Of a DNA stretch of 64,000 nucleotides, positions 52,552-64,000 are shown one piece after another (the first letter of the stretch is position 1; each line of letters starts with the position of its first letter). Below the pieces are notes generated by a model. That model ran no database searches, had not been told where the DNA came from, and worked only from the letters and a program-made list of their open reading frames with translations. Position numbers and translations under genes: made by a program. Source of the stretch: Massalongia carnosa (taxonomy: Eukaryota); NCBI GenBank assembly GCA_965645245.1, contig OZ287072.1, positions 1,364,001 through 1,428,000 on the forward strand, in the 5' to 3' direction.

Positions 52552-53063
52552 TAGACCCTGACTGTGAACATTACGTGTTTTGGTGTAAAACCCCCTCTCG
52601 CGGAAGTGAACTCTACTCGTATATTCCCCCCTTTTTCGTCCTCTATACAGTTAAGGGTCGTTCTAATCGGGTTTATAGTAGCTAATCATGTCTAAGTATT
52701 GATGCCAAAATTAAGCCCTTGGCAAGATGTCAATTCAGGGCTAGATTTTAGATTCGAGGTAGGGGAATGGGAATGGTACACGGGTGAAAGGGTACAGAGT
52801 GCAAAGTAAAAAGTATACAGCATCAAGTGCACGTCGATCAGTTGTAAGACTTTGTTACTTTCCCTCTTTATGTACTGTTCATGAGATGGAGGAATTCGTA
52901 TGCGCATTGTTTCTTGACAACCGTAAACAGAACGTAGTGTACATAATCTACTCCCGTTGCACCCATTGCCCTCCAACCTCCCCTCCCCAGTCTCCTCCTT
53001 TTGGGCGCCGCCGTCCCACCGACCGCTTTCTGGGGCTCCAAGACCACCTTTCAAGCCTCCAAT

Positions 53064-56000
53064 ATGTTTCGACTACGTCGATATCGAGTCTTTCTGGTCT
53101 TTGCAGTCTTCGTAATTGGAGCCTTGTACCACTTCACATCGTTTCAAGAACTTGAAGGCGCAGGAGCAGCCGGCTTAAAAGAACTCAAAAATTACAAAAC
53201 TCCTTCGACGCCAACCCCCCCTCCTACCGCTGCTGAGATATTAGATGCTCATGACGATGGAATGCAAGCGGCTTTGGCTTCTTCGCGGGTTGCCCCAGCC
53301 ATCATACCAAGTCTTGCCTCAGTCCAATTCATTGAACAGGAATCTATTGAAAGTACACCGACTTCCGCAGTCACTCAAACCAACAGTCTGAAGCCAACAG
53401 ATGTCAACGATGTTTCTTCAAAAGAGGTGAAGGTAGATACACCCAATACCGCTCCAGAAAGTCCAACGCCAGAAGTTGAGCCAGATGAACCTCCTCGGGG
53501 TAGACTAGATGGCGTCTCGGACGTGCGGGAAACCACAATTCACTGGACTCCGCTGCCCGAACATTTCCCGGTTCCATCTGAAAGCATTATACAACTTCCT
53601 ACGGGAAAGCCAAAGGCAATACCAAAGATTCAACATGTCTTTGGAGACGAGTCTGCCAACGACAAGATTGATAGGTTACAGAAGCTGGAAGCTATCAAGA
53701 CAACTTTCAAGGCTTCATGGGAGGGATATAAGAAGAAGGCTTGGATGCAGGATGAGTTGTCACCAGTTTCAGGCAAGTCCCGGAACCCTTTCTGTGGATG
53801 GGCGGCGACTTTGGTGGATACTCTGGACACACTATGGATCATGGGCTTGAGGGAGGAATTTGAAGAGGCAGTGAATGCGGTTAAGAATATTGATTTTACG
53901 ACGGCTAATAGACAAGAACTGCCATTGTTCGAAGTGGTCATTCGGTATCTCGGAGGCTTAATTGCTGCTTTTGATCTTAGTAGCGGCACTTACAGAATTC
54001 TACTTTACAAAGCTGTGGAATTGGCTGAGATATTGATGGGCGCCTTTGACACGCCGAATCGAATGCCGGTGACATTCTACCCATGGATGCCGTGAGTCTT
54101 GCGTTGAATAATCTACTCTACCTTACTTACCTCTCATTAGCACGTTTGCATCTGCACCCCATCGAGCTAATCCTAGAGTGGTTCTTGCGGAGTTAGGCTC
54201 GCTCTCTGTAGAGTTTACAAGACTGGCGCAAATTACCAGAGAATCTAAGTATTATGATGCCGTGGCTCGAATCACCAATGAACTTGAGAGCTGGCAGAAC
54301 AATACAAAACTACCCGGGTTATGGCCGATGAACGTTGATGCTTCTGGTTGTAAGAAACCGGATGTGACGTACACTTCGCAGATGGATCATTCTCTGCGGA
54401 ATGGACCTGGATATGCCACATCGGAACCTCAGAAGGGCTCGTCCTTTGGCATGAACGTGACACCTGGCACGAACCATTCCAATACAGTTCCCAGGAAAGC
54501 CTTGGAAAAAAGTAAAGAAACATCTACAATTAAGCTTGGGGAAAGTTTTGATTTTCCTGAGGCTAAGACGCCAGAAGCTCAAGTTGAAATTGCATCCCTA
54601 TCGAAATCCAAGTTAGGCATGGTAAAGAGACAGCTTTCAGACATTGCAATTGAACCAAGCGAGCAGACGGCAAAAGCTACCGAAATGCCAGATTGCGAGC
54701 CGCAAGGCTTAGCTTCACCGGTTGGTAAAACATATGAGGACTTTACGATTGGTGGCCAGGCAGACTCAGTCTATGAGTATTTACCCAAGCAGTACTTGCT
54801 ACTTGGCGGTGTGGAAGAAGTTTACCGACGCATGTATGAAAAAGCAGTAGAAGCCACTAAAAAATACCTCTTGTTTCGGCCCATGCTTCCTGACAACAAT
54901 GATATTCTGCTTTCCGGAAAGGTAAAAACCTCCGGTCAACTAGATGATCCAAAGGATCTGATGTTGACCCCCGAAGGCACCCATCTGACCTGCTTTGCGG
55001 GTGGAATGTTTGCTATTGGGGCCAAAATCTTCAATCGTGAAAGCGATTTAATCTTTGCCAGGAAGCTTACGGATGGATGCGTTTGGGCGTATGAGGCAAC
55101 TACGACGGGTATCATGCCCGAGCATTACCTTGTTATTCCTTGCGAAAGTAAGGAGGAATGCTCGTGGAACAAGACCAAGTACTACGAATATCTAGATCCA
55201 TATCGTTTAGATCGAGAGCAGCAAAGAGCTTATCAACAAGCTATTGTTTTACAAAACCCAAAGAACATAGTAAACTCTCGGACTGAAAAAGAGGACGCGA
55301 ATTTAAGAGCTAAATCAGATACGGCACACTATAAAGATGCACAGAGAGTACAGTCATCTGAGAAAACTGATGGCGCATCTACTATCGCAAAACAGACGGC
55401 GGCACCTTATGAGGCTACACAGAGGGCACAGCTAACTAAGGAAGCTGATATCGCCTCGAGCGCCGCATCTTATCAAGTTACGCAAGCAACACAGCCAGGC
55501 GAAAAAGCTGAGGCCTCCTATACAGCCGTGCAAAAGGAAGCGACATATTATGAAACAGCGCAAAGGGCACGGCAAGACCAAAAAGAAAACAAGGCGGCTA
55601 CAGCACGAGAAGATATTCCCAAAGAGTCCGGAGCCGTAAGTTCAAAGGTCAGCTCTTTTGCGAAAAGGCAGCTCGGAGGTATTGAGGACAAAGTGCCCCT
55701 CAAGCCCTCGGCTCAAACCGCTGGGACTTCAACAAACGGGAATCCCCAAAAGCCCGAGGCGGTTGAAGGAAAGCAGACTCTAGAGGAAGAGACACAGGCA
55801 AACGATACTATAATGGCAAAACCAATAGCTGAAGACGATGAGATTCCGGTAGAACGTGGGCCGAATCTATTCCCTATCCTCTCCCATGAAGAGTTCATCG
55901 CAGCCAGAATTAAAGACGAAAGGCTTCCACCTGGAATGACTAGGGTTATCGGGCCCAAGTACATATTACGGTATGCCTACCAACCCTTTAGCCCCTTTAA

Positions 56001-56469
56001 TACGCTACTTCCCCGAATCCTTTTTCATAACACTAAAGCATTCACCTAACAGTCCCGAAGCCATTGAGTCCGTCTTCATCATGTACCGCGTCACTGGCGA
56101 TGCCTACTGGCGCGAAAAGGGTTGGACGATGTTCGAGGCCATCACAAAGCACACGACCGTCAAACACGGCGCGTCGGCCATCGACGACGTCACGAGCGAG
56201 ACTCCCCAGCATAGCGACGAGATGGAAAGTTTCTGGTTGGCGGAAACGTTAAAGTATTTCTTCTTGCTATTCAGCGCTCCGGACGAGATCAGCTTAGACG
56301 ATTACGTGTTGTAAGTCCTATTTTTTCTCTTCCCCCCTAGGGGGGTCTACGTGGTGTCTCACTTTCCAGGGTTCCTTCATCATTTCTAGGTCATGAGCGA
56401 AGACTAATTCGTACTACTCGTGATGACTCTAGGAACACGGAAGCGCATCCGTTCAAAAGACCAAAGTAA
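53064..56469 (+). CDS. Class I alpha-1,2-mannosidase (GH47), type II membrane anchor; 4 exons
   Basis: [103 protein letters not shown]. Confidence 0.95.
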
Positions 56470-57230
56470 TAATCGTTATCTATGCATGCATTTAGCGAAT
56501 ATGGGGTCGTATCTTTCACTCATCAAGGGAAAACGGGGTGGTGGTATTAAGTTTATATCTATGTCTTCTTATTCCCTTAACGGATTTTCAAGGCATTGCA
56601 ATGAATAGATACCAGTCGTATCCCTTTTTCTCCCACCCCAGTTCCTCTCTCTCACCGTCTATCACGGTTGAAGTTTAGAGAGAGAAAACGCTTGTTCCTC
56701 AATATGATGGGTTTTTACGCGCTTGTGTATCTGTGCGACTACCTATCTATCTATCTTACCCATCTTGTCGGAGAGGATATGTATATATAAATGGTTGACG
56801 ATTCCATACATATACATACAATGAGATACCTGAATACCTTAGCACACTAGATGATTCGGGACTTTTAAAGGACGGATGCGTTACATTTCATGGATGATTG
56901 GAAATTGCCATAACCGGTTCTATCTATCTATTCATCTGTCCATTATAACTAGCGGATTTGTATGTAGACAATTTTGAAAAAGAAAGGAGTTTCTTTCTCG
57001 CAACCGCTCGCTTCTCTTCGCTCTTATTGAATTTTTTTTTTTTACCTTTTTTTTTGTTTTCTTTCTTCGTACATTGTCGCTGTCACTGTGTGTACATACT
57101 TTCCCATCTACCAATTCCGATTTCTTCCTTCGTTACTTCGCAATATCAGAATTGAAGACTTCCTATATTTATATTTGTACAAAATCACCAAGCTATTTCA
57201 CCGACTGAGCAGGAGAAATCATTTTAAGAT

Positions 57231-57998
57231 CGAGGCAGATTGCTCGAGTCCGGCCTGCTGACATGATAGAGGACACTCCGACGGACAGAGGGCTAGCCAA
57301 GATCTTCAACAATCAGTGGAAACAGACCTGGAGCGCGTATCAGGCGGCTCATCAGCGTCATCCCTGCGCTGCGCTTACTGAGGGTCTTTCGATAAAGAGA
57401 CTGGGATTACATAAGAACTTCAGCAAATCCGAAAGCAGCCTCATCATTCAAATGCGTACTGAGCGTATTGGCTTGGCGGATTATCTCTTCTCTCGTCGAG
57501 TTCCCACGTTCGCTTCGCCGGCGTGTAGCTGTGGATGGGCACGCCAGACGCTCAAGCATGTGCTACTCAGCTGCCCCAGGTTTGTTAACGGCCGAAGCAA
57601 CATGTGCAGAGACGCCGGAACGACGGATTATCGCCGCCTTCTGACCACCGAAAAGGGATTACGAGCCTCCGCTCGCTGGCTTATGCGGACTAATCTACTG
57701 ACACAGTTTTCGCTAGCTGTAGAGTGTCTTTCTTCCTCCCCCTGACTGTCGCGTAGTGATAGTCACAAACTCTAGTTATAACAGAGGCAGAAGGTAGTCT
57801 CTTGATACGCATGTGTGTCGTAGACGTGGCGCTGGCGAAACGTAGCATTCGCGAAGTGAGGTCGAGCGATCACGTGTAGGTATACAGATGAAGGTTTTTT
57901 CCCCTCGATGAGGGTTTTCCTTCTTTGAAACTTTGATAGCTTTTCTCGCATGGGTCGGCTGTAGCTGATGTCACAACGAGTATGAACTTAATAATAAT
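57231..57998 (+). mobile_element. 5'-truncated non-LTR retrotransposon (Tad1/I-like LINE) with (TAA)n tail and 14-bp TSD
   Basis: ORF 57263..57745 is an ORF2 C-terminus (LIIQMRTERIGL...CSCGWARQTLKHVLLSC, CCHC knuckle); TAATAATAATAA tail; AATCATTTTAAGAT duplicated at 57217-57230 and 57999-58012. Confidence 0.9.
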
Positions 57999-58522
57999 AA
58001 TCATTTTAAGATTCGTTATACTTTGGATCGTAGAAAATGACAACTCTCTACGGACGACCATGAGGATACAGACTTACTTGCCCATTCAAATCTCTCTGTC
58101 TACAAAGCCCACCAAGAATTATAGAGTCAGAAAACTCTCACTAGAATTGCCCCCCGTAAACACGCTGCGATTCGCAAAGACATAGAAACGAGGAATGTGG
58201 GAAAAGCGTGGAGCAGCCAACAAGGCGAGTCTAGCCAAAAATCCTCCAAGCGTGCTGTTTGGATGGTCCGTAAGGTTTTTGAAGATGGCTTTGCAAGAAT
58301 GGCTCTCTGATAAGACAGGAAGAATTCGTGATTCCCAGGAATCCGTTCCAGGATGCAGCGTCCGAGCTTAGACAGGGGCTTGAGTGTTGAAGCGGCTATT
58401 TTCCCGGCAAGTCTACCTTCTTAAGGATCCAAACTCTTTTCAAGCTCGTATACCTCTGATCGGCAAGACAAGCTAAGATGGCTATCGTATACTTTGGGTC
58501 AGTCCGCTTGATCAGTAACCCC

Positions 58523-60269
58523 CTACCCTCTGAATTCGTGGCTACGAACAAGGTCCTGCGACCTTAATTGAACACCATCCAAAAATAAGGTTCGGTCAGA
58601 AAAGCCAGGAAAGCTATGTGTCGGGAAAAAGCGGTATTCATTGTAATTTGGCGTTATCTCGTCGATAAACTTGCCTCGGAGTACAGGTCGAGTAACTCGG
58701 TAGAAGCCCTCGTTGCCATCCAATGGCTCGAGAGGATGATCGGCCCATTCTCTCTTCAGTACTTCTTGGCTCAAAACCTGCCACGCAGTTTTCGTGCAGT
58801 CTGGTTCAGAATCAAGCTAGTAAATGTTGCAACGATTCTGTTTCATGGTTAGTAGTCGATGTCTATTTCCAATAAAATCTAGAGCATTCCCCAGCCTTTA
58901 ATCCATAAAATTTCTATGGCCGCCTCCTCACAACTATCCCAGTTGCTATTGAGAAGCGTGTTTTCTTCGGATTTCAAGATACCGGTAGATAGGTTCTGAG
59001 TTTTCATTAAAGGCGTAGAGTTGGGAGCATATTTTCGAAGAATAAGGAGCTCGATATCAAGAGTTTCTGGGCTCAAACAAGTAATCGACGAAGTCTCACT
59101 TCGAAAAGGTGATTTAATTTGAGTTCCGTCCTCTTAATTACAGCGTATCTCCGAGGTCGGGCTCCGTCTATTACTCAAGAGCTTCAGAAGAGAGCCGGAT
59201 AGTGTGTGATATACCAGCTCTCATAAAACAATAGCAACGACGATATAAGTCCAATAGTATTCCTCGTAGCTCTTAAGCGTGCTTCTGAAAACGATCGAGA
59301 TTTCACAGAAGTTACAGGCGATGCGAAGCCTGTCTCTCAGCAAGGAGCATTTGAGATTGGCCATTAATTGCCAGAGATCGGACGAGTGGGTCCTCTACTT
59401 ACATAGTATTGCTGGAATGAATCTTTGAGGCGGCGGTATTCACGAAAACTTGCGAACCGTGCAAGATTTGTTCTCAGAAAAGACGATTCCCGTCTTGGAA
59501 GATACACTTTATATGAAGTAGCAACTTGATAACAGAACCAAATCATTACCACCGGAAAGGTCACTATTGCTCCTTCATAGCCGTAACATAAGCACCCACG
59601 GATGAGGGGGTTTATTTTCAAGGCGAAATACCTCCGCCAAGGACCTGGCTTTTTGCGTGTAAGCCTTCCAACTCTTTAGCTTTGCAACTCTAGATCTTCA
59701 TGTCAATTTGGGCCAAATATTTCATGGCAACTTCATCTTTCAAAAGCTGCACATCCTCAAGTAGAATCCGCCTCCAATGAGCACCTCTGTATCTCCGATC
59801 TATTGATGCAGCACTAAAGATATTCTCTTCCTCGTTCTCTTGATCGATGCAAATTGGTTTAGTCCAGATGCCCTCATCCTTAGCTTGCCGTAAAGCTAGA
59901 ATAGCATTGGCAACAGAGGTTCCAAAAGATCATGATCGAGCTTTGGTGCCATTACTAGCAAGGTTCCAAACTAGTCACTCCAGTAAAAGCTAATAAACCT
60001 CATACGAAGGTACTTCATGATTAGAACTTCGCTACAAGAGAGCTCAGAGAAGTGGCTCTCTGTAGTGGAAGAATGGAAACATTCGTCTCCCTTAGTGTAA
60101 CGTTCTGATCGACCATATAATTTGAATTGTTCATCTTCTTGAAGGTTTCTCTCCCATTGAAGCATCTGATCCTTGATAAAATCTTTCCCAAAGTAGGCAA
60201 TTCTTGTTTGTCTTTGAAAGAAGAACCGCCGTCCGCCATCACGATGGCATCCATCTGCTTGGGTTTCAT
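58523..60269 (-). pseudogene. Degenerate HET-domain gene
   Basis: Minus-strand translation at about 59730-59910 reads AILALRQAKDEGIWTKPICIDQENEEENIFSAASIDRRYRGAHWRRILLEDV (cf. HET consensus WIDxxCIxQ...MxxxY); FISFYWSD upstream; fragmented by stops and frameshifts. Boundaries are approximate. Confidence 0.6.
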
Positions 60270-60879
60270 ATCAACTCCCTAGGCCATCTTTGGATTTCCG
60301 ATTCACTTCCGAAAACCCATTGTCAAGGAGTCCTGCTTGACTGAATAGTATGAGATGGCCGAGATATCCTGTTCCGGTGAAATGCTTGCTCTACCACATG
60401 GCCGTTCCCTTATTCTAAATCTTCGTTCTGCGCACGAACAGCGCAGTTATCTATTAAAGGCGACTAGCTAGTTCTAGGGACTAGATAGTACACTCGTCTT
60501 TTTCGTACGCTGTCGTTGGCTCTGTAACAAGAACACCTATCAGCTCCATGAAAATTGTGAAGGCGATGCCCACTAGAGGATTTTGCTGCACGAACTTAGA
60601 CATGGTGCTTACTGAGGCCTGGATCATGAGGCTGCCATACTAACTGTGTACCGTCACCTGACCTTTTCAACCTTTGAAAAAGTCAGTCATCCCTAATCTA
60701 AACTTTCATGATTACAACTCTAGCATATAGGGCTTTTGAGGCTTTAAAGGCATGAGCAAATAATAGTTCGAAGTATTTACTCTGTCGTCTTGGTATATGA
60801 TTCTGGACACTTTTCTCGCGGTAATAGATAGTAGAGGGACTAGAAGGATCTTGACGAACCTCATCTTGAGTTCATCTAA

Positions 60880-62909
60880 ATGGCTCTATGCACTTTCTGT
60901 TCTTCCCTTCCACCTAAGCTCTTCTCTACCGCTCGTGACAAGCAATGCACATTAGATCACCACCCGTCATTCCCAGCCTTGCAAGCATCAGGGACAGCGG
61001 GCTGTGAGTTGTGCAGATTACTTGTTCATGCAATCCAAAAACAGACAGAAGATGGAGAACATGATCGAGTGTTTGGGCCCTGCTCGGAAACGGGTTCGAT
61101 AACTGTTCGTAGTACGAAGTTTGATGAGCAGCATGTTCAGATTCAACACAAACAAGCTGGCAGGTTCAGGGGAAAACTTGTGCCGCTAGACTGGTGTAGA
61201 AACCCTCCATTGAAATACTGCACAAGCTATGGCTGATGCTGATTCGGAAAGGTGAACCAGAATCCCCTGGCTCGGGGGTGATCCCTGATAAGGAGATGCC
61301 AATTATTAAGTATTGGTTGGATAACTGTGAGAAAAATCACGTCGACTGTGCTAGGAGCGAATCGATTTTCATGCCCACAAGAGTCCTTGATGTGGGGAGT
61401 GAAGATAGCCAGGCGCCCCGTCTTGTTCTTACAGCGAATCTAAACTTTACAGATAGCCATTTGGATACCATAGCTTGTCGATATCTAGCGCTGAGCCATT
61501 GTTGGGGACTAACGATGCCCCCAACCGCCATCACTACTTCATTCACGATAGTTGAACGTCAACGAGCAATTCCACTGGCTAGCCTATCAAGAACCTTCGT
61601 TGATTTTATTAGCATTGCCCGGAGAATGCATGTTCGGTATGTCTGGATAGACTCTCTATGTATCATCCAGGATTCAAAAGAAGACTGGGAAAAAGAAGCA
61701 GCTCAAATGGCCTCCGTATATTCTCAAGCCTATTGCACCATCGCAGCTTCATCATCTGCAAACGGTAACGGCGGCTGTCACGTGGATCCAGACTCTGAAC
61801 CGTATGGTCCTGTGAGTCTCTGCCTGAATGAATTAGATGAGGACGGGAATACAGTCGTCCAGAGGTTCCATGTTTTCTCCTCATTCGGAAAACCACTCGT
61901 GAACATTCTCCGACAAGATCCCCTCAGCAGCCGAGGCTGGACATTTCAAGAGCGCGAACTTTCAAATCGAGCTTTGCATTACTCGAAAGACTCCATTCGC
62001 TGGGAATGTCGCGCTTTGAAAGCGAGCCTGCAGTTTCCCTGGCAGGATGTCCAAGCATTTAGCGGAAATCTACGAACCTTCGACGTTGGCCAAATCGGGC
62101 TTCGAAAACCAGACCAGCAGCTCCATGACAAACAGAAAGAAAAAGACCAAGAAGCCTGGTTCGAAGCCGTTCAAAAGTACACCGGTCGTGTTCTCACAAA
62201 TCCATTGGATGCGCTCCACGCCTTCTCGGGTATTGTGCGCGCCGTACAATCCTGCACACACGACCGCTACCTCGCAGGCCTCTGGAACTCCAACCTCACT
62301 CACTGCCTCTGTTGGGCTAGCGGCTGGAGTCCCGTAGGGAGTAACCAAATCTTTGATCCTCAAAGGCCCGAACCGATTACACACGCGCGGCAGTCTGAGT
62401 ACCTTGCGCCGTCTTGGTCCTGGGCTTGTATAATAGGCCAGGTGCGCTACGAGTGGTGGGTTTTTCATGCTCTAGATCCTGTTCTGACGCCCAAGACGGC
62501 GGGTTTTATCCCACGGATACTGGAAGCGACGATCATTCCAGCGGGGGTGGACGAGTATGGGCAGCTCAAAGGGGGTGTGATTCGGCTTCGGGGGAAGATG
62601 AAACCGGCGTGCACGCGTGGCGAAGGATTTACGCGGCAGGACCGCGAAGGTGTGTATGATGTCCATGAAGGGAAGATTAGGGACGTGGGCATGATTCGGT
62701 ATGATATCCCATCGGAAGCTCCAGCAGGAGAGATCAAGGCGATTGTTTGTCTTTGCATGATCCCGCGAGCGGAACGATATGGTGACTCTGTCGGACTTGC
62801 GTTGGTCCCGACGGGGAGGAAAGACGAGTATCGTCGGGTGGGCTTGGTATTTTCTATTCCCTTGTCTTGGTACGAGGATTGCATAGAAGGGATGATCACG
62901 ATTGTTTAG
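60880..62909 (+). CDS. Heterokaryon-incompatibility (HET domain) protein; 2 exons
   Basis: N-terminal CxxC...GCELC exon; WLDNCEKNHVDC, MPTRVLDV, YLALSHCWG, YVWIDSLCIIQDSKEDWEKEAAQMASVY, PLSSRGWTFQERELS, YLAGLW, APSWSWA, YRRVGL. Confidence 0.95.
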
Positions 62910-64000
62910 GGGAGAGAAAGGCCCACGTAGTTTGCCTGGAGATATGGATCGATGATTGTGAGGTACGAGTATTCATCTCTTTGCTAGATTTAAAGTCTAT
63001 ATACCGTATAACTCCATAACCCTCAGAACATACTGACTTAGCGAACCGCAGCTAACATGACACCACCCAGAACTCCTTTTTTAGGTGTCACTAAGATCAC
63101 GGGCCTCCATCCCTCCCACAAGTAAATAACACTTAACCTAATCCACCTTTTTTACGGTTTGGTTCGCGGGTTTCAATGAGAAACTCGTAGTGGTGGAGAG
63201 AACTGGGGAAGTGCAGAGATATTGATGAGAGGGAGGGTAGCGAGTGAGAGCGGGGGTAGTTTTCCTTTCGTTGCTTGAGTTTGTACGTCTTGAGGATAGG
63301 AAGGTAGGTGGAGGTTTGATTAAAGTAGGTTGACATTATGGTTGGGAGAGACTTTGAATGTTTTTGGTCACTTCTGCATCGCCAAAACTCCTCCACTCGC
63401 AAGCGCTTCCGTTTTAATTTTTTGGTTTTGAATTTCGCATCAATGTCCATCGCGGGCTTTTCTGCTTCCTTTTTTCAAGTTCATAACGTCATTTAGTTTT
63501 CTTCTTCACACTTCATTGTATTTCCTAAGGTAATATCTTTTTCACTAAAAAGAAAAAAAATTGATACCACTAGCTAAGAAGTAGGATGGTAAGTGGTGGG
63601 GGTTGAGGCGTCGTGTTATGTAGCAGACAGGTGGAGAGAGTACATGTTGTCTAGCCGCTTCCGATAGAAAGACGTTTTAAGGAGGGCAGTGGAAGGGAAA
63701 ACAGTGCGTTACGCCAGGCTCTTGACGTTAGCAAACAGCCAGTTGCGCATGCTGGAAAGGGAATTACATGACAGCATCCTGCTCTACAAGGAGTGAGTGG
63801 GTATTGAACCTTTTCGGTCTTCTAGATAGTGCTTATAAAGATATCTAACACACTTGCAGTTTGAAGTTCAATCAGATTCTAGATTATAACTAGGCGATTG
63901 GCGTTCTGCATCCTGCCGCCAGCTAAAGTTAGTTAGCGCCTTGCTGGAGCTTGTGCCTGGAACCATTGTGTCGACTGCGGTCTCCGCGGCTACATGGTAC

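Larger units (their letters stand above)
50471..52604. mobile_element. Outer element defined by about 43-bp terminal inverted repeats (50471-50513 / 52563-52604) enclosing two other TEs
   Basis: TCCGCGAGAGGGGTGTTTTACACCAAAACACGTCATGTTCACA matches the reverse complement of the right end with 1 mismatch and 1 indel. Confidence 0.8.

Noticed and set aside
63133..63450. 105-aa basic ORF on the minus strand
   Set aside because: No recognisable motif; could be a relic or a chance ORF.

Overview
Gene-dense genomic DNA from a filamentous ascomycete (Pezizomycotina-type short GT-AG introns with CTRAC branch points; finer taxonomy is not determinable here). Most of the window is conserved housekeeping genes: RPC1 (partial), GUF1, MAD2, a DUF2434-like membrane protein, a proline-rich protein, ECO1, AUR1, an Ace2/Swi5-like C2H2 factor, ubiquitin-RPS31, TMA16, EXO1, an intron-containing tRNA-Ser(UGA), a TPR-DnaJ co-chaperone, QNS1, an augmin HAUS1-like gene, RSC1/2, OTU1, NOP56, CCT6 and a GH47 mannosidase. 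Three accessory zones interrupt this. (i) About 14.1-19 kb: a non-cloverleaf tRNA-like Pol III element, decayed ORFs and a secreted 8-Cys protein with hydrophobin-like cysteine order. (ii) About 49-52.6 kb: an FAD-monooxygenase pseudogene followed by a three-layer nested transposon (outer TIR pair, AT-rich MITE, defective pogo/Fot1 element). (iii) About 57-63 kb: a 5'-truncated LINE with a 14-bp TSD and a head-to-head pair of HET-domain genes, one intact and one degenerate. Repeated local C-rich to G-rich strand-skew inversions are also visible. Gene models were built by eye, product calls come from recognised motifs, and no database searches were run.
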